Assembly (NCBI GenBank): GCA_031423775.1
Contig: JANPGF010000011.1
Coordinates: forward strand, 31,502-95,501
Length of the DNA: 64,000 nt
Origin: Candidatus Kaiserbacteria bacterium
GTDB lineage: Bacteria; Patescibacteriota; Minisyncoccia; Phycocordibacterales; UBA918
Reading direction: 5' to 3'
This document shows positions 56,331 through 64,000 of the stretch, piece by piece (within the stretch, counting starts at the first letter, position 1; each line of letters opens with the position of its first letter). The translations under genes were made by a program, and so were the position numbers. The notes under the pieces were generated by a model that was not told the origin of the DNA, searched no databases, and was given only the letters and a program-made list of their open reading frames with translations.

Positions 56331-57140
56331 ATGAAATCAGCCGTTACCAAATCCCGAACCAGAGTCCTGCGTCCAGTTCTAGCTTTTTCATGTGCTGTCG
56401 CGTGGCTTCTCGTTGGAGCTCTCTCTGCACACGCCGCAACCCCTGATCTGCTGGCGGCAATGCAGGCCCAGTTGTCGCTCGCGAGTGCTCAGTTGCAACA
56501 AATTAAAATAGTGCATCCGGCCGGCGAAGTTCTTGGGGCAGCTATTTCGCCCCTCCCGAGTCTGACCAATCTTAAAGCTCAATTAGCAGAGGTTGATGCC
56601 AAAATTTCCGCACTACAAACACAGCGTACGGGGATTGTGGCACAGATAGCCAAGGTACAGAATGCGCTTGCGAGCTCATCAGCACCGGCTATTGTTTCAG
56701 TAAACGCTGGCACCGTGCGCAATGCTGTTCTCACTACTGCAGTAAACTCCGGAACACACGATTTTGTGACGTATACGTTAAGTGTAGATATGACAGCCGT
56801 GAATCGTGATGTGTATGTTGCAAAAAATCCAGCCAAATCAGTTCTCTATGAGTTGCAAAATATAGCAGGGACCTCAGTTGGTAAGGATGCGACAACAGTA
56901 AAATCATTTACCTCAACCGCGAAGCTAAATGCTGGCGGTCTCTATTATGTGGTACCCAAGGGAAGCACTGCCACCTTTACTGTAGCCGTTAACTGGAATC
57001 CAAACGCCGCGTCACCGGCACGAGGACTGCAGTTGCTTGGGTTAAAGTATTCCGGAAGTGCTGCTGCCACATCATCAGCTACTTGGAATGCGAGTCCAGT
57101 CAGAAACTATCGTACCGACAGTGTGTCGACAAGCTATTAA
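56331..57140 (+). CDS. Secreted/cell-surface hypothetical protein (paralog A)
   Basis: Signal peptide. Conserved N-terminal (ATPDLLAAMQAQLSLASAQL) and C-terminal (ASPARGLQLLG ... YRTDSVSTSY) blocks shared with the next gene. A terminator follows. Confidence 0.5.
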   Translation: MKSAVTKSRTRVLRPVLAFSCAVAWLLVGALSAHAATPDLLAAMQAQLSLASAQLQQIKIVHPAGEVLGAAISPLPSLTNLKAQLAEVDAKISALQTQRTGIVAQIAKVQNALASSSAPAIVSVNAGTVRNAVLTTAVNSGTHDFVTYTLSVDMTAVNRDVYVAKNPAKSVLYELQNIAGTSVGKDATTVKSFTSTAKLNAGGLYYVVPKGSTATFTVAVNWNPNAASPARGLQLLGLKYSGSAAATSSATWNASPVRNYRTDSVSTSY

Positions 57141-57310
57141 AATAGAGCAGTTTACCAAAAAGCGCCCCTCACTAGGGCGATTTTTGTTTGTTATAGAGTA
57201 TCTGTCCACAGTCATCTGCCTGTAATGTATTGGTGCCAGCATATACTCATAAGTGATGGATGGCGCCCTGCACAATTGGGTGTAATTATTAGAGTAGTTA
57301 TTTTTCACGT

Positions 57311-58633
57311 ATGAAATCGTCAGTTCTTACTTCACGAACCTCTCACGTCATACCAGCAATTATCGTTGGTGTTGTATGTTTATTCTCGTCGTTTATATCG
57401 GCTCAGGCAGTCACTCCTGATCAGTTTGCTGCTATGCAAATGCAACTACTTCATGCAAGTGCTCAGTTGCGGATGCTGCAAAACCCCAGTCCGACTGGGG
57501 AAGTCCTTGGAGTGTCTACAACTACTGCTCCTGCCGGTACCGCTTCTGACGCGAATCAATTGTTATTGATCAAGGAACAAATTGTTGCGCTTGATGCAAA
57601 AATCGTTGAACTGCAAACCATGCGCGCGCAGTTAGCGCTCCAAGCGGCACAACTTCAAACAGCAACCGCTACGAGCACATCAGCGTTCGTCGTTAAAACC
57701 GATGCTGCTAATCCTCAAGCTACCACACTCGAACTGAGTGATAGGGTAACTTCTGGTTGGATGGATATCCTGACGTTTGACCTCGACACAACAGCCAGCA
57801 AGAATAGTTTATTCATTGATACTGCCCAAATCGGCGTAGTTGTTGGCAATACAAAAGGTGGATACACTTCATTAGTTGCTGGTGCTGAATTGGTGATGGA
57901 CGGTAAAACCTTTACGTCATATACGATGACGAATTCGACAACTACTGATGGCGTTGCCACACTCCTCTTTACCATCGGTGGAAATGAAATGATTAAAGCC
58001 GGTACTCGGATGCCTGCCACCCTGAAACTCCGTTTCAAGGCTCTCACGGCAGCTAATGAAGGCGCAACGATCAAGGCTCGAGTGCTGGCAGGGAATATCC
58101 ATGCCCACATCGCCACTCCAATGGGGGTAATGGGTGCACTCATAAAGAATACAAGTTCAGCGTACGGTGAATTGATGACGCTTCATGCCAAGGGAGCTAT
58201 TGTTACCAAAAACTCGCAGAGTGCGGTTTTAACCTCTGGTTCATGGGCAACACATGATTCAGTATTGTATACCTTGAAATTTGACGTGACCGCGTTTAAC
58301 GAGGATGTCTACCTGAATAAAGCGGCTGCCCGTGCGGTGTCATACACAATGGTTGATGCTGCAGGAGCCGATAAAGGAGTAGCAGCAACTTCAATTGCTG
58401 CCCTGACAACGACAGCTAATAGCGATACCTCTGGCCAATACTATGTGGTACCTGATGGATCAACTGCAACTTTCACTCTCGTTGTTAAATGGACTCCAGC
58501 TGGCGCGTCACCCGCTCGTGCTCTCCAGTTACAAACTATTGGATATAACACAATGTCTCCAACCGCTTCGATGGTTTGGGTACCTTCAAATGTACGAGAT
58601 TTCCGTACAGATGCAGTATCGACCAGCTTATAA
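57311..58633 (+). CDS. Secreted/cell-surface hypothetical protein (paralog B, longer)
   Basis: The same N- and C-terminal blocks as paralog A, with an expanded central region. A terminator follows at 58651-58678. Confidence 0.5.
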   Translation: MKSSVLTSRTSHVIPAIIVGVVCLFSSFISAQAVTPDQFAAMQMQLLHASAQLRMLQNPSPTGEVLGVSTTTAPAGTASDANQLLLIKEQIVALDAKIVELQTMRAQLALQAAQLQTATATSTSAFVVKTDAANPQATTLELSDRVTSGWMDILTFDLDTTASKNSLFIDTAQIGVVVGNTKGGYTSLVAGAELVMDGKTFTSYTMTNSTTTDGVATLLFTIGGNEMIKAGTRMPATLKLRFKALTAANEGATIKARVLAGNIHAHIATPMGVMGALIKNTSSAYGELMTLHAKGAIVTKNSQSAVLTSGSWATHDSVLYTLKFDVTAFNEDVYLNKAAARAVSYTMVDAAGADKGVAATSIAALTTTANSDTSGQYYVVPDGSTATFTLVVKWTPAGASPARALQLQTIGYNTMSPTASMVWVPSNVRDFRTDAVSTSL

Positions 58634-58780
58634 CAAGCAAAAGAGTAATCAAAAAACCTCCATTTTGGAGGTTTTTTGATTACTTGAGAGGCCTATTGAT
58701 CGAAAACGTCCCAAAAACACTTGGTAGAGTCCAGAAGTCCTTGCAAAATAATGGTTTTGATAGTATCTTAGGCAGGCTTT

Positions 58781-59194
58781 ATGGCAACAATAAATCAATT
58801 AACAAAGAAGAAGCGTGTCGACCCAGTTACCAAGCGAAAGACCGGAGCGTTGTTTGCAGGCTTTAACTCAATCGAGAACAAGCCAAACTACTACAACTCA
58901 CCGTTCAAGCGTGGTGTGTGTACTCGCGTAACAACCAAGACCCCACGTAAGCCGAACTCTGCGATTCGAAAGATTGCTCGTGTTCGTCTCTCAAACGGTA
59001 TGGAAATTACTGCGTACATCCCAGGTATCAAGCACACTCTCCAGGAGCACTCAGTAGTGCTCGTACGTGGAGGTCGTGTGAAGGACATCGGCGTTAACTA
59101 CACAATCGTTCGTGGAAAATACGACGCGACAGGAGTAGCAGAACGACGAATGGGACGTAGTCGATACGGAGCAAAGAAGCCGAAAGCAAAATAA
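58781..59194 (+). CDS. rpsL: 30S ribosomal protein S12
   Basis: [12 protein letters not shown] ... PNSAIRK ... VRGGRVKD, highly conserved S12. Confidence 0.95.
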   Translation: MATINQLTKKKRVDPVTKRKTGALFAGFNSIENKPNYYNSPFKRGVCTRVTTKTPRKPNSAIRKIARVRLSNGMEITAYIPGIKHTLQEHSVVLVRGGRVKDIGVNYTIVRGKYDATGVAERRMGRSRYGAKKPKAK

Positions 59195-59480
59195 ATCACT
59201 TCATCTGCGTTGTTGGGACTACATAAAATTTTGTTCACCTTACGTTAAAGTAAGACTCACCAAAATTTTATTTGCCCGCCTAGCAGCTAAAGCAATTTCT
59301 TTCGCTTTCAAAAACTGGGACATAATGTATTCCAGTAGAAGATTACCAATAGTCTATATTCGCTACAGATACCGGATGCAGCTCAACCGCAAGGTACGGA
59401 GCATAGGATATGCGAAGAATGAAACAAGAGGCTTTGCCATACTATTTCATTCTTAATTATTAAAATTAAGAACTCACAAA

Positions 59481-59951
59481 ATGCGTCGTCCAATTAAAAA
59501 GCGACCGGTTGTCAGTCCAGACATTATGTTCGGATCTGTCGACGTCGAGCGTCTCATTAACTACGTGATGCTCCGCGGTCAGAAGGAAACAGCTCGAAAG
59601 ATCGTCTACGGTGCTTTCGCTGAGATCAAGGAACGAAAGGATGGTGGCGACCCACAGGAAGTATTTAACACCGCAGTGCGTAACGCCGGACCACTCATGG
59701 AAGTTCGCTCACGCCGCGTTGGTGGAGCAAACTACCAGGTTCCTCGTGAAGTACGTCCAGAACGACGTCTCGCACTCGCCCTCCGTTGGATCATCACTGG
59801 TGCTCGTAACCAGAAAGGTGTCCCAATGCACAAGGCCCTAGCGCAGGAACTTATCCTCGCAGCCAAGGAAGAAGGAAATGCGGTAAAGAAGAAGGAGGAT
59901 ACGCATAAGATGGCTGAGGCTAACCGAGCCTTCGCCCACTTCGCCTGGTAA
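59481..59951 (+). CDS. rpsG: 30S ribosomal protein S7
   Basis: [10 protein letters not shown] ... conserved S7 throughout; 156 aa. Confidence 0.95.
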   Translation: MRRPIKKRPVVSPDIMFGSVDVERLINYVMLRGQKETARKIVYGAFAEIKERKDGGDPQEVFNTAVRNAGPLMEVRSRRVGGANYQVPREVRPERRLALALRWIITGARNQKGVPMHKALAQELILAAKEEGNAVKKKEDTHKMAEANRAFAHFAW

Positions 59952-60075
59952 TTCCAAAATTAGAGACTGGCGTTGTCGTTACGGTAAAAATGTAGCTCAC
60001 TGGACTATTCGTCCCATTCGCTTCATTTTTACCTAGACTCCTAGCCATTCATCTAATTTTGAAATCACCAACAAG

Positions 60076-60103
60076 AAAAAAGACCCGTTATGGGTCTTTT
60101 TTC
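60076..60103 (+). terminator. Terminator after rpsG
   Basis: Hairpin aaagacccgttatgggtcttt followed by tttctt. Confidence 0.55.
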
Positions 60104-60199
60104 TTGCCCGCCTAGCGACTAATTCAAATTCGGACATTTTAGTTTTGAACGAACTACTGCGTTCCTTAATCTGCTCCCCAGTCTGTCAGCATTTTGTGA

Positions 60200-60925
60200 A
60201 TGAGTTGCTTTTTAATTGCAAAAGAGCATAATCACCATATGCATCAAACAACTATTATATACTCCATGGCAGCTACTCATGCCAGTGTGTGGAATCAACT
60301 TATGTTTACCCTCAGTCTGCTATTGAGTAATCTAGTTTCCTTCGTAGAGGTTTTTGGTACAGTGCTGTCTGTGTTAATTGCAGTTGTTTTATATATATTA
60401 AAAATAAGAAAAGACCATAGAGACGCTGCCATGATTCTTTTGATGGAAATAAGAAATGCAGAAAAAGAAATTGAGGAAATAAAAAAAGCGAGTGTCATCG
60501 TTGAAACAACCTCCGTAATGCCAATCAATAGTTGGAGAAAGTTCCAGCATTACTTTGTTTCAAAATTAGACAATGACGATTTAATTTTATTGAATAATTT
60601 TTATAATACCTGCTCTTTGATTGACGAAGAAGTTAATAGGCTAAAAAATCTTTGGCCGATTGCAAACGAAGAGAAGATAAAAATTTCCCAGCAGGTTTTT
60701 GGTGATCTAGCAGTAGAATTTTTTGAAAAGACAGATAATTTTACTGAAGGCAGTGAATATTTAATTAAGAGAGAAAAGATTCTCAAAATCTTGAACAATG
60801 AAACTAATGGATTTATACCTGATTTACCAACTAATAGAATAAAGCAGTATTTACCCAAGATATCTAACGTCACAACCACAACGTGTGGGGATAAAATAAA
60901 AAGAATCGCCGCACGTTGGTTCTGA
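60200..60925 (+). CDS. Hypothetical AT-rich (about 28% GC) membrane-anchored coiled-coil protein, probably horizontally acquired
   Basis: Long ORF with strongly deviant base composition. One TM helix then Lys/Glu-rich helical region. No family recognised. Confidence 0.5.
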   Translation: MSCFLIAKEHNHHMHQTTIIYSMAATHASVWNQLMFTLSLLLSNLVSFVEVFGTVLSVLIAVVLYILKIRKDHRDAAMILLMEIRNAEKEIEEIKKASVIVETTSVMPINSWRKFQHYFVSKLDNDDLILLNNFYNTCSLIDEEVNRLKNLWPIANEEKIKISQQVFGDLAVEFFEKTDNFTEGSEYLIKREKILKILNNETNGFIPDLPTNRIKQYLPKISNVTTTTCGDKIKRIAARWF

Positions 60926-61038
60926 GTCTTTGTGGTTAATGGGGGTTCATCCGTTATTTATTTAAAACTTATGGTCTAGTGCTGCAAACAAAACGTCCCA
61001 CAGTTGCCGGTGGGGCGTTTCTGTGGGGCGCGACTGAT

Positions 61039-61455
61039 TTAGAAGGGGAATTTGTCTTCTGGGTCAGTGTCATCATCAGGGTATGGATCGTCGTCTAGCA
61101 GGGCAGTATTTTCTGCTTTCACTTCTATGTAGGATTCTGCCGCATAGATTGTTTCGCCGTTCAATGCTACTTTCGCGACTAGTCTTGAAGAAACTACCAT
61201 TGTGACAGCAACCCCGATGCTGCTTTCTTGGCGAAGTTCTGCTTCCATTGCATCGAGTTCATCGTACGGACAGTCTCGTTCATTTACGTGTTCGACTTCT
61301 ACCATTAGTCTCCGTGCATGACGACTTTTACCAATTTGGTATACTCTCCGTTCGTAGCGTTCACCTGTGCCGATATAACAGCGGCACCGGCTACACAGAT
61401 ACGTACTGTGACTTTTCCCACGAAAGACGTGGGTACTAGTTTCTGGCATCCACAT
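61039..61455 (-). CDS. Hypothetical protein with an acidic C-terminus (cassette-like gene)
   Basis: Strong RBS (AGAGGAG 7 nt upstream of the ATG). A degenerate copy of the inter-cassette hairpin repeat lies downstream at about 60990-61030. Confidence 0.5.
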   Translation of the reverse strand: MWMPETSTHVFRGKSHSTYLCSRCRCYIGTGERYERRVYQIGKSRHARRLMVEVEHVNERDCPYDELDAMEAELRQESSIGVAVTMVVSSRLVAKVALNGETIYAAESYIEVKAENTALLDDDPYPDDDTDPEDKFPF

Positions 61456-61540
61456 GACCCACTCCTCTTTGGTTGCTGTGCTTTTCTTTGCAAAATATAT
61501 AGTTTATTAAGGTAAAGTCAACGTTGTATGAGATGTAACA

Positions 61541-61668
61541 GCAAAACCCTAAAACTACGTTGTGGGTTTGGGGGTTACGGTGCAGAAAACGTAGTACTGG
61601 GGTATAAAAACACTGTTTAATAAATAAAAACGCCACCTTCGAAGATTGGCCTGGGTGGCGTTTCTTCG
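61541..61668 (-). repeat. Inter-cassette repeat R3, copy 1
   Basis: Shares aaaccctaaaactgtggggtgggtttggggNttacggNNcNgaaaacgtagtNctNgggtataaaaacactg with copies at 62136-62235 and 62836-62936. It ends in a terminator-like hairpin. Confidence 0.6.
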
Positions 61669-61682
61669 TTTGGTGGCGGGTG

Positions 61683-62046
61683 TTCAGAATGGGATTTCTC
61701 CGGCATCGTAGCCGCTGAAGCCGGTTGCGGTAGTGAGCGGTTCAGGGGTGAGTGCCAACCTCGTCTCGGACTCGGTGGGTGCTTGTGTCGGGCCGGTTTT
61801 CTTCCCAAGTGCTTCATTGAGCGCGTACAGGTACTTGACCCGGATGGTGATGACTGTCTCTTAGCCGTTCTTATCGAATTGGGCAAGGAATTGGTCACCG
61901 ATTTTCTTGGTCCAAGCCGTTGTTTGCAGTACCGGGGCCGCATACTGAAGCAGGTCGTGCCCCGGTTTAAGTTGGTGTAATTCATTCGTGGCACTTTCTA
62001 TGAGTTCGAAAAGTGCATCGATATCGCTTGCCGGAATCACAGGCAT
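61683..62046 (-). pseudogene. Cassette gene interrupted by a single in-frame TAA (61 aa + 59 aa in the same frame)
   Basis: The ORF from the ATG at 62046 (RBS GGAAGGA) reads ...QFDKNG, then TAA at 61861-61863, then continues in frame (ETVITIRVKYLYALNEAL...GEIPF) to a stop near 61683. Confidence 0.4.
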
Positions 62047-62135
62047 TCTTTATATCCTTCCAATGATGGCGATAGGGCAACTTTATAGTAAAGCCGCATT
62101 CTGTCAATATTGTAGGATAAACTAATAAAATAATA

Positions 62136-62235
62136 ACCTTAAAAACTGTGGGGTGGGTTTGGGGGTTACGGGACGGAAAACGTAGCTCTGGGGTATAAAA
62201 ACACTGCCGTCCGTTTCTGGGGCGGCAGTGTTTTT
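62136..62235 (-). repeat. Inter-cassette repeat R3, copy 2
   Basis: See copy 1. It lies immediately after the toxin stop codon and contains the hairpin cactgccgtccgtttctggggcggcagtg plus a T-run. Confidence 0.6.
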
Positions 62236-62488
62236 AATAGAGTTCGCTGTGGGTGCCGATTCGGAGGAAGGAGATTGCATTTTTATTACGGAGGAATTGG
62301 GCTCGGTAGTCGCCGGTTATGTTGATAGTTTCGATTGGGTAGTCTGCACCAGTGAGGGTATGGAGGTGGAGGAGGGGATGGTTTGGTGTTTCGATAAATA
62401 GGTGGAGACGTTCATCAAATTTAGCCTGAATTTTTTGCGGGAGTTTTTTATACTGCTTTTTAAACTCCTTTCGAAATTCTATTTCCAT
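62234..62488 (-). CDS. Type II toxin, RelE/ParE family
   Basis: 84 aa with the RelE/ParE pattern (KKLPQKIQAKFDERLHLFIETP ... GDYRAQF ... IGTHSELY). Its start is 15 nt after the antitoxin stop. Confidence 0.8.
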   Translation of the reverse strand: MEIEFRKEFKKQYKKLPQKIQAKFDERLHLFIETPNHPLLHLHTLTGADYPIETINITGDYRAQFLRNKNAISFLRIGTHSELY

Positions 62489-62502
62489 ACCAGTATTCGG
62501 TA

Positions 62503-62775
62503 TTACTTATGTAGCCAGTCAATCGCGTCAATCGCAGTGGCAAAGCGAGGCGAAATGCTTTTTCCGGCGCGGACTTCTTTAATCGCTTGATTCAGTTCTT
62601 TAATAACTGATGGTCGAAGTTCTGGTTCACGCGTCACTTTAAATTCACCAGATTCAATAAATGACTTTAGCTGGGCGTTTACCACAGTAGAGAGAGGAAT
62701 ACCTAAATGCTTAGCCAGAGCCTGAGCTCGGTCTTTGATATCTTTGTCAGTTTTAACGTTCAAGACAGTTTTCAT
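62503..62775 (-). CDS. Type II antitoxin (RelB/DinJ or ParD-like) paired with the downstream toxin
   Basis: 90-aa ORF immediately upstream of the toxin. Its own TTGACA-16-TACAAT promoter lies upstream, on the minus strand around 62790-62820. Confidence 0.65.
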   Translation of the reverse strand: MKTVLNVKTDKDIKDRAQALAKHLGIPLSTVVNAQLKSFIESGEFKVTREPELRPSVIKELNQAIKEVRAGKSISPRFATAIDAIDWLHK

Positions 62776-62835
62776 AATATAACTATTGTATACACAACAG
62801 TTAATTTGTCAACAAATAAAAATGTGCACAGAAAC

Positions 62836-62936
62836 AAAACCCTAAAAACTGTGGGGTGGGTTTGGGGATTACGGGACAGAAACGTAGTGCTCCGGTATAA
62901 AAACACTGCCGTCCCGAGGTTCGGGACGGCAGTGCA
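62836..62936 (-). repeat. Inter-cassette repeat R3, copy 3
   Basis: See copy 1. Hairpin cactgccgtcccgaggttcgggacggcagtg. Confidence 0.6.
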
Positions 62937-62956
62937 TTTGGTGGAGTGCCACACAT

Positions 62957-63580
62957 TTAGTATTCTGACGGACAACTGGTCGTCGCTCCGATTGATTGTT
63001 TGCTTCGGATTGAGACGCCGGTTCCGTCAATACATTGGTAGAGTTTCCAGTTTGGCAGATACATTTCGACGGCGTAGCTGGTTTTTGAGTCGTGACAGTT
63101 TAAGACCGGAATATTTGGTGTGTCCTCGCGGTGAATGAATAATTTAAGAATTGGTCCAAAGCACTTATTTTTATCTTTCCACAACAGGTCATTGGCAGAC
63201 AGAGTGGTGTTCGCAAGCGCGCTCGAGTCACAGAACGATTCGTATGAATTACCAGTGCGCTGAAAGTAATCCTTGGCCACTGTTTGTAATTGCTGTACTT
63301 TTGCCGCTAAACTCCCGTCGAGCCCGATGTTACGAGCATCAGACAGTGAAGCCAGGAGTATGAAAAATATGAGTGGCGTGAGAAATAAGAGAAACCAAAC
63401 GAATCGAGAAAGAGTAGTGGTGAGTGTGACGGTTATGGAAAGGTAATACGAGATACCAATCGATACAATGAGGATGAGCGGCAAGAGTATTTCGGCGTGA
63501 CAAAGGTAAAAGAGTCGGGTAATTAAAATGACTATAACAGTGGTCGGTGGTAAGAAAAATAAGGTTCGAAGTAATCTCAT
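62957..63580 (-). CDS. Hypothetical polytopic membrane protein (cassette-like gene)
   Basis: ORF with 4 N-terminal TM helices and a Cys-containing C-terminal domain. Confidence 0.4.
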   Translation of the reverse strand: MRLLRTLFFLPPTTVIVILITRLFYLCHAEILLPLILIVSIGISYYLSITVTLTTTLSRFVWFLLFLTPLIFFILLASLSDARNIGLDGSLAAKVQQLQTVAKDYFQRTGNSYESFCDSSALANTTLSANDLLWKDKNKCFGPILKLFIHREDTPNIPVLNCHDSKTSYAVEMYLPNWKLYQCIDGTGVSIRSKQSIGATTSCPSEY

Positions 63581-63659
63581 TGATAAATTATAGCATCGGA
63601 GAAATTGAGACAGGAACTTTTTAATCTGAACAGGTCTTGCCTGTTCAAAAATATTATTA

Positions 63660-63712
63660 ATGGGGGATAAAAATACTGCCTCCCAGATGACTGGGTGGCA
63701 GTTTCGTGTGGT
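63660..63712 (-). repeat. Inter-cassette repeat R3, partial copy 4
   Basis: ggggataaaaatactgcctcccagatgactgggtggcagttt matches the 3' half of R3, including the hairpin. Confidence 0.45.
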
Positions 63713-63730
63713 GTGAAGTTAGAACAGTGG

Positions 63731-63919
63731 CTAGTTCATAATGCACAGTGTTGCGATCTGGATGACCGCTAGGGCGATGAAGATCCAGCCGATATTCTTG
63801 TCACGAGCGGTAGGGATATATTCTGCCGTAAGCGTGCTGTATGGCCAGTTACGTTTTCCGTCCAAAAGTGTACTTATGCCCAACAAAATACAGCCGAGCG
63901 CTCCTAATAGTAAAGCCAT
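63731..63919 (-). CDS. Small two-TM membrane protein (63 aa; cassette-like gene)
   Basis: Strong RBS (GGAGG 6 nt upstream of the ATG at 63919). Confidence 0.4.
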   Translation of the reverse strand: MALLLGALGCILLGISTLLDGKRNWPYSTLTAEYIPTARDKNIGWIFIALAVIQIATLCIMN

Positions 63920-64000
63920 GTCGTCCTCCTCTCTTATACTCAAGAACAAACGTTTTTGTATGGTTCGCATACTAACGTAATCAAAATAAGAAAGCAAATG

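Noticed and set aside
61541-62936. Canonical integron attC cores (RYYYAAC ... GTTRRRY) in the inter-cassette repeats
   Set aside because: Scanning the coding-strand version of the repeat copies by eye found no convincing inverse-core/core pair, for example CCGTAAC is not RYYYAAC and GTTTTTA is not GTTRRRY. The integron interpretation is therefore kept only as an analogy.
1-64000. CRISPR array
   Set aside because: No short (25-40 nt) direct repeats with regular 30-40 nt spacers were seen. The repeats present are 90-330 bp and spaced hundreds of bp apart between genes.

Overview
This 64 kb window has moderate GC (about 45%) with compact genes on both strands, and its gene content resembles a small-genome bacterium, possibly of the Patescibacteria/CPR type (an inference from gene content only). 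The recognisable core is exonuclease III (partial), CCA-adding enzyme, CorA, an ECF sigma factor with a putative anti-sigma partner, two GT2 glycosyltransferases, HU, RNase Y, ClpP, trigger factor, family-II pyrophosphatase, NusA, a DEAH helicase, a type IV pilus block (PilB, PilC, three pilin-like genes), TpiA, Pgk, RecJ, a split ComEC with Fe/Mn SOD inserted, L28, S12 and S7, plus four tRNAs (Arg-TCG, Gly-GCC, Pro-TGG, Gly-TCC). The accessory and unusual content is: (1) a cassette-array-like block (60.9-64.0 kb) immediately after rpsG, where fusA/tuf would be expected, consisting of an AT-rich foreign gene and co-oriented small genes (RelE/ParE toxin with antitoxin, a gene with an in-frame TAA, membrane proteins), each followed by a conserved 90-100 bp repeat; (2) a translationally coupled GHKL/MORC-like ATPase plus an unknown partner (8.3-10.8 kb) that could be a defence module; (3) two paralogous HTH+LAGLIDADG-like genes, each ending 2-50 bp before a tRNA gene, and an HNH gene beside tRNA-Pro; (4) both tRNA-Gly genes carry a direct duplicate of their 3' end about 190 bp away, which looks like an att-site scar, with a cluster of T-arm hairpins near tRNA-Gly(GCC); (5) several genome-specific dispersed intergenic repeat families; (6) a GC-rich island (about 58%) carrying the DEAH helicase; (7) small cysteine-rich, glycine-rich and zinc-ribbon ORFs. 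No rRNA genes and no CRISPR array are present.
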